Below, piece by piece: positions 1 through 9,878 of a stretch of DNA of 50,051 nucleotides. The position numbers and the translations under genes were made by a program. Numbering within the stretch: the first letter of the stretch is position 1; each line of letters opens with the position of its first letter. The notes below the pieces were generated by a model. That model made no database searches, was not told the DNA's origin, and worked only from the letters and a program-made list of their open reading frames with translations. This stretch comes from an uncultured Muribaculaceae bacterium (lineage in GTDB: Bacteria > Bacillota_I > Bacilli_A > RF39 > UBA660): positions 1 through 50,051 of the forward strand of contig CAZNQV010000002.1 in assembly GCA_964575655.1 (NCBI GenBank). The letters are read 5' to 3'.

Positions 1-54
1 TTTTTAGAATATTTAAATATAGTTAATTTACAAATAAAATTTTAAAAAATATCA

Positions 55-83
55 TTGCTAAAACGTTTACATATTGTTACAAT
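55..83 (+). promoter_or_regulatory. Sigma-A-type promoter candidate
   Basis: TTGCTA (55-60), a 17-nt spacer, then TACAAT (78-83). It lies about 35 nt upstream of the ATG at 118. Confidence 0.45.
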
Positions 84-117
84 ATAAAACATCTTTAAAT
101 GAAAGGGATGTTTTATT

Positions 118-585
118 ATGAAACCAGACACTTATAATATACCGGCTTATAAATTTGAAATAATTATTCCAATAGAACCAATAAATGCAACAAGTGATTT
201 TGAATCAGTTACAAAGTTTAATAGTTCTATTGCCACAGGGAAAATAATTTCAATTCCTTGGGAATCGTTTGATGGCTTAACAATTGCCGATGCTTTTAAA
301 TATTTAGAAAGAAAAGATTTTATGTTTCTTTGCTCTGTTACATGGGAAAATGATAATCGATCATCACTTACAACAACGAAGAATGGTTTGTTTAATATAG
401 GTTTTAGATTTGATTTGACAAAAGATTTTGCAAATATGAGAGTTGATAAAGCGATTGAATCATATATGGAAGAACAATATAGCAAAGCTAGTGAAACAGA
501 AAAAAAAGTATTTAGATGCTTTTTTGAAAGATATCAAGATAGAAATTACGAAGAAACAAAAGAAAGAATTAAAAGACTTAGTTAA
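118..585 (+). CDS. Hypothetical protein (155 aa), no recognisable motif
   Basis: Long ORF with AAAGGGA about 10 nt upstream of the ATG. The codon usage looks like that of its neighbours. I recognise no family. Confidence 0.55.
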   Translation: MKPDTYNIPAYKFEIIIPIEPINATSDFESVTKFNSSIATGKIISIPWESFDGLTIADAFKYLERKDFMFLCSVTWENDNRSSLTTTKNGLFNIGFRFDLTKDFANMRVDKAIESYMEEQYSKASETEKKVFRCFFERYQDRNYEETKERIKRLS

Positions 586-644
586 CGCAATTATCTTGAA
601 CTGTTTTTGTTTACTTTTTAATTAACATTTAGTATAATTAAGTC

Positions 645-840
645 AGTTTAAGTGATGAAAAGGAATAGTAATAAAAATATTTATTACAGTGAGTTAACGG
701 GTAGTGCGAGTTAATAATAAAGTTTTATGAATGAGCCTTGGAACTTAATCGCTAATCAGCGTTAAAGATTTAAGCGCATAGGATTCTATGAAGTAAGGTG
801 GCAACGCGATAAATCGTCCTTATTTTATAGAATTTTTTTA
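645..840 (+). promoter_or_regulatory. T-box leader (tRNA-sensing riboswitch) controlling argS
   Basis: T-box core AAGGUGGCAACGCG at 795-808. It is followed by AUCGUCCUU (813-821), which can close the antiterminator. Upstream are an AG-bulge-like CAGUGAG and a distal-loop-like GGUAGUG. There is a U-run at 833-839. A TATAAT at 633-638 is a possible -10. I could not confidently resolve the specifier codon or the terminator helix by eye. Confidence 0.7.
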
Positions 841-852
841 ATAGGAGGATGT

Positions 853-2577
853 ATGAGTTTAATAAGGGAAACAGAAAAATATTTGAAAGACACGATCTAT
901 CAACTTGGTTATGAGATTGATGAAGTTAAATTAATTAGATGTAATTTACCTGAATTAGGACAATTTCAAATTAATTGTGTTATGGGTTTAGCGAAAAAGT
1001 ATGGGCAAAATCCTAGAGAAATAGCAGATAAAATTGTTAAACAATTAGACGATAGATTTGTCAATGTTAATATAGCAGGTCCTGGTTTTATTAATATTAG
1101 TTTTAATGATGAACTGTTGATTAAATCTTTTAATCTATGTATTAATGATTTCAACAGATTTGTTGATAAATCAGAACCAAAGAAAATTATCGTTGATTAT
1201 GGTGGTGCTAACGCTGCTAAGGCATTACATGTTGGACATATGAGAAGTGCTAATATAGGTGAAGCAATAAGAAGACTGTTAGTTTTATTTGGTAATGATG
1301 TTATAGGGGATGTTCATTTGGGTGACTTAGGACGTCAAGCAGGGATGGTTATATCACAATTACAAATTGAGCAACCAGAATTACCATTTTTTGATGAAAA
1401 CTATGTGGGTGATTATCCAAAAATTAATCTAACAACAGCTGATTTAAAGAGAATATATCCTGAAGCTAGTAAAAGCGCAAAGGAAGATCCTGTTCGTATG
1501 GAAGAAGTTCGTCGTATTACTGCCGAAATTGATAAAGGTCATAAGGCCTATACCGAGTTGTGGAAACAAATAGTAGATGTTTCTTTAATATCTATTAGAG
1601 AAACATACAATAAGTTGAATTGTAATTTTGACTTGTGGGAAGGGGAACTAGACGCCTTTCAATATATCCCAGCGATGATGGAAATAGTAAAGCCATACTT
1701 ACATGAATCTGATGGAGCTTTAATTATGGATATCAAGAAAGATGATGATAAAGTAGAAATGCCACCTTTAATTGTTATAAAACAAGATGGTGCTACTATT
1801 TATGGGACAAGAGATTTAGGGACAATATATTCTCGTATGAAAAGATTTAATCCAGATGAAATGTGGTATTTTACCGATCAAAGACAAGCTTTATACTTTG
1901 AACAGGTTTTTAGAGGATCATATAAATCAGGTTTAGTTCCAGAAACTACTAAATTATTTCATTTTGGATTTGGTACGGTTAATGGTCCTGATGGTAAACC
2001 GTTTAAAACAAGAGATGGTGATGTGATGGATTTAGATACTCTAATTGAATTAGTTCATAAAGAAGTTTATGATAAGATCAAACCCGAAATAATTGATTCT
2101 GAACGCGAAAAAATTGCAGATAAATTAGCAATCGCTACATTAAAATATACTGACTTATTACCACATCGTAAAACTGACTATATATTTGATCCCGTTAAGT
2201 TTAGCGCACTTGAGGGAAAAACAGGTCCATATATTTTATACACGGTAGTTCGTATAAAATCATTATTAAGTAAAACGGATAATAATAATTATCAAATAAG
2301 GAATATTGATAATTCTGATGTGAAGGATGTATTAGTAAAATTGATAGAATTACCCGATGCATTAAATAATGCATATAACGAGGCATCACTAAATTATATA
2401 AGTGACGCATTATATGAAATATCAAGTTTGTATAATAAGTTTTATAATAACAATAATATTCTAAATGAAAGTGATAATGATAAAAAGGAAACTTATATAG
2501 CGTTATCTAAATTAGTTTATACTGTGTGTCATAATTTGTTAGATGTATTAGCAATTGAAGAAGTAGATAAAATGTAA
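853..2577 (+). CDS. argS: Arginyl-tRNA synthetase
   Basis: 574 aa. Class I HIGH-type motif '[15 protein letters not shown]'. The '[13 protein letters not shown]' region is typical of ArgRS. The C-terminal DALR-like domain ends in ...DKM. AGGAGG RBS 5 nt upstream, and a T-box leader further upstream. Confidence 0.93.
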   Translation: MSLIRETEKYLKDTIYQLGYEIDEVKLIRCNLPELGQFQINCVMGLAKKYGQNPREIADKIVKQLDDRFVNVNIAGPGFINISFNDELLIKSFNLCINDFNRFVDKSEPKKIIVDYGGANAAKALHVGHMRSANIGEAIRRLLVLFGNDVIGDVHLGDLGRQAGMVISQLQIEQPELPFFDENYVGDYPKINLTTADLKRIYPEASKSAKEDPVRMEEVRRITAEIDKGHKAYTELWKQIVDVSLISIRETYNKLNCNFDLWEGELDAFQYIPAMMEIVKPYLHESDGALIMDIKKDDDKVEMPPLIVIKQDGATIYGTRDLGTIYSRMKRFNPDEMWYFTDQRQALYFEQVFRGSYKSGLVPETTKLFHFGFGTVNGPDGKPFKTRDGDVMDLDTLIELVHKEVYDKIKPEIIDSEREKIADKLAIATLKYTDLLPHRKTDYIFDPVKFSALEGKTGPYILYTVVRIKSLLSKTDNNNYQIRNIDNSDVKDVLVKLIELPDALNNAYNEASLNYISDALYEISSLYNKFYNNNNILNESDNDKKETYIALSKLVYTVCHNLLDVLAIEEVDKM

Positions 2578-2600
2578 TTATTATAAAAACCGGTTTTTTA

Positions 2601-2630
2601 TTGACATTTTGGTATATAATTGATTATAAT
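2601..2630 (+). promoter_or_regulatory. Sigma-A-type promoter candidate for rpmH
   Basis: TTGACA (2601-2606), an 18-nt spacer, then TATAAT (2625-2630). The -35 coincides with the TTG that the ORF track used as a start codon. Confidence 0.55.
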
Positions 2631-2660
2631 TATAAGCGAATTGTTTGGAGGTGTACAAAA

Positions 2661-2783
2661 GTGAAAAGGACATTTCAACCTAATAAAAGAAAAAAAGCTA
2701 AAAAACATGGATTTTTCTCAAGAAAGAAATCTGGAATCTTAGGATTGAGAAGAAGAAAAGGAAGAAAAATCTTATCAAGATAA
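2661..2783 (+). CDS. rpmH: 50S ribosomal protein L34
   Basis: GTG start at 2661 gives '[40 protein letters not shown]', the canonical L34 sequence. GGAGG RBS 7 nt upstream. Confidence 0.92.
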   Translation: MKRTFQPNKRKKAKKHGFFSRKKSGILGLRRRKGRKILSR

Positions 2784-2784
2784 C

Positions 2785-2809
2785 ATCCACTGAAAATCAG
2801 TGGATTTTT
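2785..2809 (+). terminator. Rho-independent terminator after rpmH
   Basis: Stem ATCCACTG / CAGTGGAT (8 bp), 5-nt loop AAAAT, then TTTTT. Confidence 0.8.
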
Positions 2810-2828
2810 GATATGAGAAAGGAATATT

Positions 2829-3176
2829 ATGAAAAAGATTAATGTAGTAAGGGAAAATAAAGAGTTTAAGCGCATAATTACTTTAAAAAAATCTTATGCT
2901 AATAAGTACTTTATTGTGAATTATGATTATAACAATGATAATATTCCAAAGTTTGGTATATCAATAAGCAAGAAATTAGGAAATGCGGTAGTTAGAAATA
3001 AAAATAAACGGCAAATAAGAAATATTCTTGATACCAACAAAAAAGTCTATCAAAATAATCTAAATTATATTATAATAATAAGACAAGGGGCAGTAGAAGC
3101 TGATTTTAATAAAAAAAGTGCAGCCCTATTAGAATTATTGAACAAAATAAAGGAGAAAATGGATGAAAAAAAATAA
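2829..3176 (+). CDS. rnpA: RNase P protein component
   Basis: 115 aa and basic. The RNR-type motif 'VVRNKNKRQIRN' is present. The gene sits in the conserved position after rpmH. Confidence 0.9.
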   Translation: MKKINVVRENKEFKRIITLKKSYANKYFIVNYDYNNDNIPKFGISISKKLGNAVVRNKNKRQIRNILDTNKKVYQNNLNYIIIIRQGAVEADFNKKSAALLELLNKIKEKMDEKK

Positions 3177-4086
3177 TAAGCTTATTGTAATTATTTTGTT
3201 AGTATTTATGTTGTGTGGATGTACTCAGACATTAAAAGATAAAGAAGGCAAAGTAGTAGTTAATGAGAAAACAGGGCAATCAGTTACCTCTAATATTATA
3301 TGTAGGCCTACTGATGAAAAAGTAATTGAGATGTATGCAAATGCTGAAGTGGATATTTCAGAATTACCTGAATGTGAAAGCATAAAGTTTGCTTCTAAGT
3401 ATGAAGGACTTTGGTATAATGTTTTTGTTAGACCATTGGCATATGTAATAATTAAAATTGGTAATTGGGTTAATAGTTATGCTATAGCATTAATGATAAT
3501 TACATTATTAATTAGATTGGCATTATATCCAATTACTAGAAAAACAGCAATGCAATCAGAAAAAATGAAGGAAGCCCAACCAGAGATCAAGAAATTGGAA
3601 GAAAAATATAAAGATAAAACATCTCAAGAAGATCAAATGAAAAAGAGTCAGGAAACAATGGCACTTTATAAAAAGTATAACATCAATCCAGTTTCCGGTT
3701 GTATTTTTGCATTCTTGCAGTTACCAATATTCTTTGCATTTTTAGAAGCAATAAATCGTGTACCTGCTATATTTGAGAATACATTTTTAACACTACAATT
3801 AGGAACTACTCCTTGGGTAGGAATTACAGGAGGCAGTTATCAATATATTATTTTAAATGTGTTAATTGCAGCTACTACATATTTTTCATTCAAGAATACA
3901 AGTAATGATACTGCAGCAGTAGCAGGACAAGGCAAAATGATGACAATATTTATGACAGTTTTTATAATATTTATTTCATTCAGATTACCAGCTGCAATCG
4001 CGATATATTGGATTGTTAATAGTGCCTTTACTATTGGTCAGAATTTATTAGTGAAAAGAGGTAAGAAAGATGTTACAAAAGCATAA
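3163..4086 (+). CDS. yidC: Membrane protein insertase YidC/SpoIIIJ-type (lipoprotein)
   Basis: 307 aa with a lipobox-like 'FMLCGC'. Multi-TM core with 'PITRKTAMQSEKMKEAQPEIKKLEEKYK' and 'YWIVNSAFTIGQ', typical of the YidC/Oxa1 family. Synteny also fits. Confidence 0.9.
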   Translation: MKKNNKLIVIILLVFMLCGCTQTLKDKEGKVVVNEKTGQSVTSNIICRPTDEKVIEMYANAEVDISELPECESIKFASKYEGLWYNVFVRPLAYVIIKIGNWVNSYAIALMIITLLIRLALYPITRKTAMQSEKMKEAQPEIKKLEEKYKDKTSQEDQMKKSQETMALYKKYNINPVSGCIFAFLQLPIFFAFLEAINRVPAIFENTFLTLQLGTTPWVGITGGSYQYIILNVLIAATTYFSFKNTSNDTAAVAGQGKMMTIFMTVFIIFISFRLPAAIAIYWIVNSAFTIGQNLLVKRGKKDVTKA

Positions 4087-4681
4087 TTTCATTGGTAAGA
4101 ATAAAGAGGACATATTAGGACAAATTAGTAATGAATTGAACAAAGAAGAAAATGAATTGGTTATGATTCCGGTTGAACAGAAAAAAAGTTTATTTGGAAA
4201 AAAAGAGGAATACAATGTGGTATTGAAAGATGATGTAAATAATTTCATTAAAAATCAGATTATTGAAATTATTACTAATATGGGTTTAGAACCACAAATT
4301 GAAACTAAAAAAAGAGAAGACAATATCATATTTACTGTTAGATCAGATAATAATGGAATATTGATTGGAAGAAATGGAAGAACAATTGATGCAATTCAAA
4401 CTATTATAAGAGCAATTTTATATAAAGAGATTGGTGCAACATACAACTTTACGATTGATGTCAGCGATTATAAACAAAAAAATCAATCAAGATTGGAGCG
4501 CCTTGCAAAATATACAGCAAAAGATGTAGCACGAAGCAAGGTAGCGGTTAAACTAGATCCAATGAATTCATATGAAAGAAGAATTATTCATAGCATTTTA
4601 ACTGATTCAAAGGATGTTATGACAATATCTGAAGGAGAAGAACCAAATCGCTATGTAGTAATAAAACCAAAAGAGGATTAA
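4070..4681 (+). CDS. jag: Jag/KhpB RNA-binding protein (KH + R3H domains)
   Basis: 203 aa. KH-like 'ILIGRNGRTIDAIQ'. R3H-like 'LDPMNSYERRIIHSIL'. Conserved position after yidC. Confidence 0.85.
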   Translation: MLQKHNFIGKNKEDILGQISNELNKEENELVMIPVEQKKSLFGKKEEYNVVLKDDVNNFIKNQIIEIITNMGLEPQIETKKREDNIIFTVRSDNNGILIGRNGRTIDAIQTIIRAILYKEIGATYNFTIDVSDYKQKNQSRLERLAKYTAKDVARSKVAVKLDPMNSYERRIIHSILTDSKDVMTISEGEEPNRYVVIKPKED

Positions 4682-4691
4682 ACCTCTTTTT
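4671..4691 (+). terminator. Possible rho-independent terminator after jag
   Basis: AAGAGG / CCTCTT stem with a 6-nt loop, followed by a T-run. It overlaps the jag stop codon. Confidence 0.5.
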
Positions 4692-4748
4692 CTATTGTAA
4701 AAAAATTAATTTTATAATATAATAAGTACGTCTTTAAGGGGTGATATC

Positions 4749-6101
4749 ATGAATGATACAATAGCAGCAATATCAACATCTTTAGGTGTTGGTGCCATAT
4801 CAATCATTAGAGTTAGTGGTAGTTTAGCAATTAGTAATGTTAATAAATTGTTTTCCACAGACCTGTTGAAAAAAGAAAGCCATACAATCAGTTATGGTTT
4901 TATTCGTGATAATCAGGAAATCATTGATGAAGTATTGGTATCTATTATGAAAGCTCCTAAAACGTTTACTAAAGAAGATGTAGTTGAAATATCATGTCAT
5001 GGTGGTGTAGCCACAACTAAAAAGATATTAGAATTATTACTAAAAAATGGTTGTCGCTTGGCTGAACCTGGTGAATTTACTAAAAGAGCATTTTTAAATG
5101 GGCGAATTGATTTAATTGAAGCTGAAGCTGTTATGGATTTAGTATCAGTTAAGAACGAGGAAGCTAGGAAAATAGCCATTAATAATTTACAGGGTAGAAC
5201 AACAAAAACAATTAAAACTTTGAGAAGTAAAATACTAGAGTTATTAGCAGCCATTGAAGTTAATATAGATTATCCTGAATATGAGGATATTGAAGAGATG
5301 ACCAATGATAAGGCAAAACCATTGTTGAATGAAATAAAGAATAAATTATTAGAAATTATAACAAATTCAAAAAATTCAAAATTAATTAAAGATGGAATAA
5401 ATGTTGCTATAGTTGGACGCCCTAATGTTGGTAAAAGTTCATTGCTAAATCTTTTACTAGATGAAAATAAGGCAATTGTAACTGATATAGAGGGAACAAC
5501 AAGAGATATAGTTGAAGGTAGTGTCAATTTAGATGGAATTATGCTTAATTTTATTGATACAGCAGGAATTAGAAATACTAATAATGTTATTGAACAAATA
5601 GGTGTTCAAAAATCAATTGAGAAAATTGAGCAAGCTGACTTAGTATTAATGGTTTTAAATAGTAATGAAAAAATTACAGTAGAAGACAGAAAAATTATTG
5701 ATTTAGTCAAAGATAAAAAACTTATTGTTGTATTAAATAAAACTGATTTAAAACAAGAATTAAATTTGGATGAATTGAATTTTGATAATGTTGTTAAAAC
5801 CAATACTTTAGATAAACAAGGTATTAACGAATTAATTGTTAAAATAAAAGAAATGTTTGATTTAGGTAATTTAAATACTAAAGATTTTAATTATGTATCT
5901 AATATCAATCAAATTGTTATGTTAGAAGATGCATTAAAATATTTAAAAGAAGCAGAAAAAGGTATTGATAATAATATGCCTATTGATATGATTGAAATAG
6001 ATATAAAAAATATGTGGAATAAACTGGGTGAAATAGTTGGTGAGGTCTATACCGATGAATTATTAGATCAATTATTTAGTCAATTTTGCTTAGGAAAATA
6101 G
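4749..6101 (+). CDS. mnmE: tRNA modification GTPase MnmE
   Basis: 450 aa. G1 motif 'GRPNVGKSS'. 'DTAGIR'. 'NKTD'. C-terminal 'CLGK' motif. Confidence 0.95.
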   Translation: MNDTIAAISTSLGVGAISIIRVSGSLAISNVNKLFSTDLLKKESHTISYGFIRDNQEIIDEVLVSIMKAPKTFTKEDVVEISCHGGVATTKKILELLLKNGCRLAEPGEFTKRAFLNGRIDLIEAEAVMDLVSVKNEEARKIAINNLQGRTTKTIKTLRSKILELLAAIEVNIDYPEYEDIEEMTNDKAKPLLNEIKNKLLEIITNSKNSKLIKDGINVAIVGRPNVGKSSLLNLLLDENKAIVTDIEGTTRDIVEGSVNLDGIMLNFIDTAGIRNTNNVIEQIGVQKSIEKIEQADLVLMVLNSNEKITVEDRKIIDLVKDKKLIVVLNKTDLKQELNLDELNFDNVVKTNTLDKQGINELIVKIKEMFDLGNLNTKDFNYVSNINQIVMLEDALKYLKEAEKGIDNNMPIDMIEIDIKNMWNKLGEIVGEVYTDELLDQLFSQFCLGK

Positions 6102-6109
6102 GTGGTACT

Positions 6110-7969
6110 ATGTATGAAGTAATAGTAGTTGGTGGTGGTCATGCTGGCTGTGAAGCGGCCTTAGCATGTGCTAGACTTAATCATAAAACTCTTTTGATAA
6201 CGGGTAATATCAATAATATTGGTGATACTCCGTGTAATCCTTCTATTGGTGGCCCTGCTAAAGGAATTGTGGTTCGCGAAATAGATGCCCTTGGTGGCGA
6301 AATGGGTAAAAATACTGATAAATCTTTATTACAAATAAAGATGTTAAATACAAAAAAGGGCCCTGCTGTTAGAGCTTTAAGGGCTCAAATAGACAAGGTA
6401 ACATATCCTAAAAATATGATTGAAACATTGAAAAAAACTAATAATTTAGAATTATTAGAAGCAATGGTTGAGGATTTAATTATTGAAAATAATGTGATTA
6501 AAGGTGTCATTTTAAGTGATGGTAGTATAATCAATAGCAAAATTGTAATATTAACAACTGGAACATATTTAAAAGCTTGTGTTTTGCAAGGTTCAACAAA
6601 AAAAGTAGAAGGACCACATGGCGAGAAACCATCACATCATTTAAGTGATAATTTAAGAAAACTAGGTTTTACAATCCAGAGATTAAAAACGGGAACTCCA
6701 CCAAGAATTGAAAAATCATCAATTGATTTTAGTTTTGCTGAAGAACAACCAGGTGACAAAGTTTATCATACTTTTAGTCATTATGCAGAACCAAACTATA
6801 AAATTGAAGAACAAGAATTATGCCATTTAATTTATACCAAAAAAGAGACTCATGAAATTATTAGTAATAATTTAAATAAATCAAGTATGTATGGCGGTTA
6901 TGTAGAGGGAATTGGTCCAAGATATTGTCCTTCAATAGAAGATAAAATAGTTAGATTCAGCGATAAAGAACGTCATCAGTTATTTTTAGAACCAGAAAGT
7001 AGATATTATAATGATATATATATTCAAGGTTTTTCAACTAGCATGCCAACAGATATTCAAGATTTAATGGTTCACTCTTTACCGGGATTAGAAAATGCAA
7101 TTATTAATAAATATGCTTATGCAATTGAATATGATGCTATAGATCCAACACAATTAAAGCAAACACTTGAAACTAAAGTTATTGAAAATTTATATACAGC
7201 GGGCCAAATAAATGGAACTAGTGGCTATGAAGAAGCGGCATGTCAAGGATTAATAGCTGGTATTAATGCCTCATTAAAACTTGAAGCCAAAGAACCATTA
7301 ATTCTAAAAAGAAATGAAGCTTATATTGGAGTATTGATTGATGATTTAGTAACAAAGGGAACAAAAGAACCATATCGATTATTAACTTCAAGAGCTGAAT
7401 TTAGATTATTACTTCGTAATGATAATGCTGATTTGAGATTAACTGAATATGGTTATCAAAAGGGTTTAGTAACTGATTGCCAATATAATAAATTTTTAGA
7501 AAAGAAAAACAACATAAATGAATTAGTTGATTTGTTAAAAAATATAACAATAACCCCTAAAACCGATATTAACGATTATCTAAATAGTGTTAGTATAAGT
7601 CCTATATGGGATAAAATATCTTTGTATGATTTATTAAAAAGATCTGATGTTACATATGATAAACTTAAAAAATTTATTGATAAAGATTATTCGTTTGATA
7701 TTATTGATGAGGTTGAAACAATTATTAAGTATGAAGGTTATATTAACAAAGCGATTAGAGAAAAAGAGAAAATGGATACTTATGAAAATATATTAATACC
7801 CGATAATACAGATTATAGTAAAATTAGTAATTTAGCATTAGAAGCAAGAGATAAATTAAATAAAATCAAACCTACATCAATTGGTCAAGCAATGCGCATA
7901 AGTGGCGTAAATCCTGCAGACATATCAGTATTAATGATATATTTAAAGAAAGGTGATTCTAATGAATGA
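6110..7969 (+). CDS. mnmG: tRNA uridine 5-carboxymethylaminomethyl modification enzyme MnmG (GidA)
   Basis: Start 'MYEVIVVGGGHAGCEAA' (FAD fold) at 6110, with an AGGTGG RBS upstream. About 620 aa. Conserved 'GPRYCPSIEDK'. Confidence 0.95.
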   Translation: MYEVIVVGGGHAGCEAALACARLNHKTLLITGNINNIGDTPCNPSIGGPAKGIVVREIDALGGEMGKNTDKSLLQIKMLNTKKGPAVRALRAQIDKVTYPKNMIETLKKTNNLELLEAMVEDLIIENNVIKGVILSDGSIINSKIVILTTGTYLKACVLQGSTKKVEGPHGEKPSHHLSDNLRKLGFTIQRLKTGTPPRIEKSSIDFSFAEEQPGDKVYHTFSHYAEPNYKIEEQELCHLIYTKKETHEIISNNLNKSSMYGGYVEGIGPRYCPSIEDKIVRFSDKERHQLFLEPESRYYNDIYIQGFSTSMPTDIQDLMVHSLPGLENAIINKYAYAIEYDAIDPTQLKQTLETKVIENLYTAGQINGTSGYEEAACQGLIAGINASLKLEAKEPLILKRNEAYIGVLIDDLVTKGTKEPYRLLTSRAEFRLLLRNDNADLRLTEYGYQKGLVTDCQYNKFLEKKNNINELVDLLKNITITPKTDINDYLNSVSISPIWDKISLYDLLKRSDVTYDKLKKFIDKDYSFDIIDEVETIIKYEGYINKAIREKEKMDTYENILIPDNTDYSKISNLALEARDKLNKIKPTSIGQAMRISGVNPADISVLMIYLKKGDSNE

Positions 7970-8666
7970 AGAAAATTTTATCAAAGAGTTATCTAACTTA
8001 GGAATAGAATTAACAAATACTCAACTTAATCAACTATCTAAGTATTGTAATTTATTAATGGAAATCAATAAAACAACTAATTTAACAGCGATAACTGATA
8101 AAGATAATATTTATTTAAAACATTTTTTGGATTCAATACTTGCATGTCAAATTGCAAATTTTAACGAGGAAGTAAATGTTTGCGATATTGGTACTGGGGC
8201 GGGTTTTCCTGGAATTGTATTGAAAATAATTTTTCCTAATTTAAATATTTCTTTAGTTGATGCTACAAAAAAGAAAACTGATTTTTTAGAATTAGTGATC
8301 AAAGAGTTAGGATTAACTAAAATTAAGATTTATAATCAAAGGATAGAAGACTTTGCATATCAGCATATCGAAGAATTTGATGTTGTTATTTCAAGAGCTG
8401 TGGCTAAATTAAATGTTTTATTAGAACTATCTTGTTTAACAATAAAAATTAACGGTAGTTTTGTAGCGATGAAATCAATTGTTGATGAAGAATTACAAAC
8501 TGCATCTAATGCAATTAATAAATTGAATATGAAATTAAACAATGTAATTAAATATAAATTACCAATTGAAAACAGTGATCGTAGTTTAATTAGAATAATG
8601 AAAATTAAATATACACCTGATGGTTACCCTAGAAATTTTTCTAAAATTAGTAAATTTCCATTGTAA
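7962..8666 (+). CDS. rsmG: 16S rRNA (guanine527-N7)-methyltransferase RsmG (GidB)
   Basis: SAM motif 'VCDIGTGAGFPGIVLKI'. 'SRAVA'. Follows mnmG as expected. The start could be 7953 or 7962. Confidence 0.9.
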   Translation: MNEENFIKELSNLGIELTNTQLNQLSKYCNLLMEINKTTNLTAITDKDNIYLKHFLDSILACQIANFNEEVNVCDIGTGAGFPGIVLKIIFPNLNISLVDATKKKTDFLELVIKELGLTKIKIYNQRIEDFAYQHIEEFDVVISRAVAKLNVLLELSCLTIKINGSFVAMKSIVDEELQTASNAINKLNMKLNNVIKYKLPIENSDRSLIRIMKIKYTPDGYPRNFSKISKFPL

Positions 8667-8741
8667 AAATACACTTTTCTATGTTAAAATAGTATGTAAC
8701 ATATAGGGGTGTTTTTAGATTGATAAAAAGGGGCAATTTTT

Positions 8742-9878
8742 ATGATTAATGAAAAAGAAATTAGAGACATTTCGTTAGAAGATATTATTCCTAATCGTTT
8801 TCAACCAAGGGAAGTTTTTAACGAGGAATCACTTAATGAATTAGCATCATCAATTAAAGAACATGGTGTAATCCAACCAATAGTGGTTCGTCAAGTTGGC
8901 GATAAATTTGAGATAATTGCGGGAGAAAGAAGATATAAAGCATCACAACTCGCTGGGAAAACTACAATACCTTGTATTGTTAGAGAATTAGATGATGTTA
9001 AAAGTTCAAAGATTGCACTTCTTGAAAATCTACAAAGAAAAGATTTAACACCAATTGAGGAAGCTAGAACTTATCAAACTATTTTAAAAATAGGTGGTAT
9101 GACACAAGATGAACTAGCAACTAGTTTAGGTAAATCTCAATCAGCAGTTGCCAATAAATTACGCTTGTTAGCATTAGATATAGATGTGCAAAATGCATTA
9201 TTATCTGAACAAATATCTGAACGTCATGCAAGAAGTTTACTTAATGTAACTGATAAGATAAAACAAAAAGAATTATTGGATTTAATTGTTAAAAATAGAT
9301 TAACTGTTAAAGAATTAGATGGCGAGATTGCTAAACAAAATGGTAATCAAGCAATTACTAATAATTTTATTGGTGAAATTAGTGATGATGGAGCAAATGG
9401 AACAACTGGGGGACAGATTATTCAACCCGTAACCCAAAATATGAATGTGGATGTAGATCAAATAAAAAAACAAGCTGTTGATATAAATCCTCAAACTAAT
9501 TTCGCTAATTTGAATGAATTGTTAAAAACAGCACCTGTTATTGAGGATAAGCCAATAAATAATAATATGTTTATCCCTAATATACCGCAGGAACAAACTA
9601 CTGCAGCTAATGAGGATACGGAAACTTTAGATATAATAGAGCCAATGAAAGAAGCAACAACTACTGAAAATAATCAAATTCCTGAAACCCCTTCAATTAT
9701 TAATAACAATATGTATCAACAGGCGACTCCGGATCAACCTCATGATTTAAGGTTTGCCATTAATAATATCAGGCAATCAGTACAAGCAACTGAGAAATTT
9801 GGATTTGTAATTGATACTGAAGAATTTGATTTTGAAAACATGTATCAAATTGTAATAAAAATTGATAAAAACAAATAG
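8742..9878 (+). CDS. noc: Noc-like ParB-family protein with a long low-complexity insert
   Basis: N-terminal ParB/Noc core ('IIPNRFQPR', 'IIAGERRYKAS', 'LENLQRKDL', HTH 'QDELATSLGKSQSAVANKLRLL'). The C-terminal 'DLRFAINNIRQSVQATEKFGFVIDTEEFDFENMYQIVIKI' resembles the B. subtilis Noc C-terminus as I recall it. The position between rsmG and soj also fits. A Q/N/T/P-rich linker covers roughly aa 197-335. Confidence 0.75.
   Translation: MINEKEIRDISLEDIIPNRFQPREVFNEESLNELASSIKEHGVIQPIVVRQVGDKFEIIAGERRYKASQLAGKTTIPCIVRELDDVKSSKIALLENLQRKDLTPIEEARTYQTILKIGGMTQDELATSLGKSQSAVANKLRLLALDIDVQNALLSEQISERHARSLLNVTDKIKQKELLDLIVKNRLTVKELDGEIAKQNGNQAITNNFIGEISDDGANGTTGGQIIQPVTQNMNVDVDQIKKQAVDINPQTNFANLNELLKTAPVIEDKPINNNMFIPNIPQEQTTAANEDTETLDIIEPMKEATTTENNQIPETPSIINNNMYQQATPDQPHDLRFAINNIRQSVQATEKFGFVIDTEEFDFENMYQIVIKIDKNK

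Noticed and set aside
147-485. 112-aa minus-strand ORF inside the 118..585 gene. The overlapping + ORF at 443..625 falls in the same category.
   Set aside because: These are antisense or out-of-frame shadow ORFs in AT-rich DNA. They have no RBS, and their Leu/Ile/Ser/Phe-rich composition is typical of non-coding frames. The 118..585 frame has the better start context.
2601-2660. N-terminal extension of rpmH (the track ORF starts at a TTG at 2601).
   Set aside because: The TTG is the -35 hexamer (TTGACA) of the rpmH promoter. Canonical L34 begins at the GTG at 2661 ('VKRTFQP...'), which has a GGAGG RBS.
1-2660. oriC or a DnaA-box cluster next to rpmH. I also looked for parS (TGTTNCACGTGAAACA) in and around spo0J, and for Noc-binding palindromes.
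   Set aside because: By eye I found no TTATCCACA/TGTGGATAA cluster in the intergenic regions. The nearest parS-like string (GATTTACGTGAAAAA near 35690) lacks a base of the palindrome. I am not calling any of these without a proper scan.
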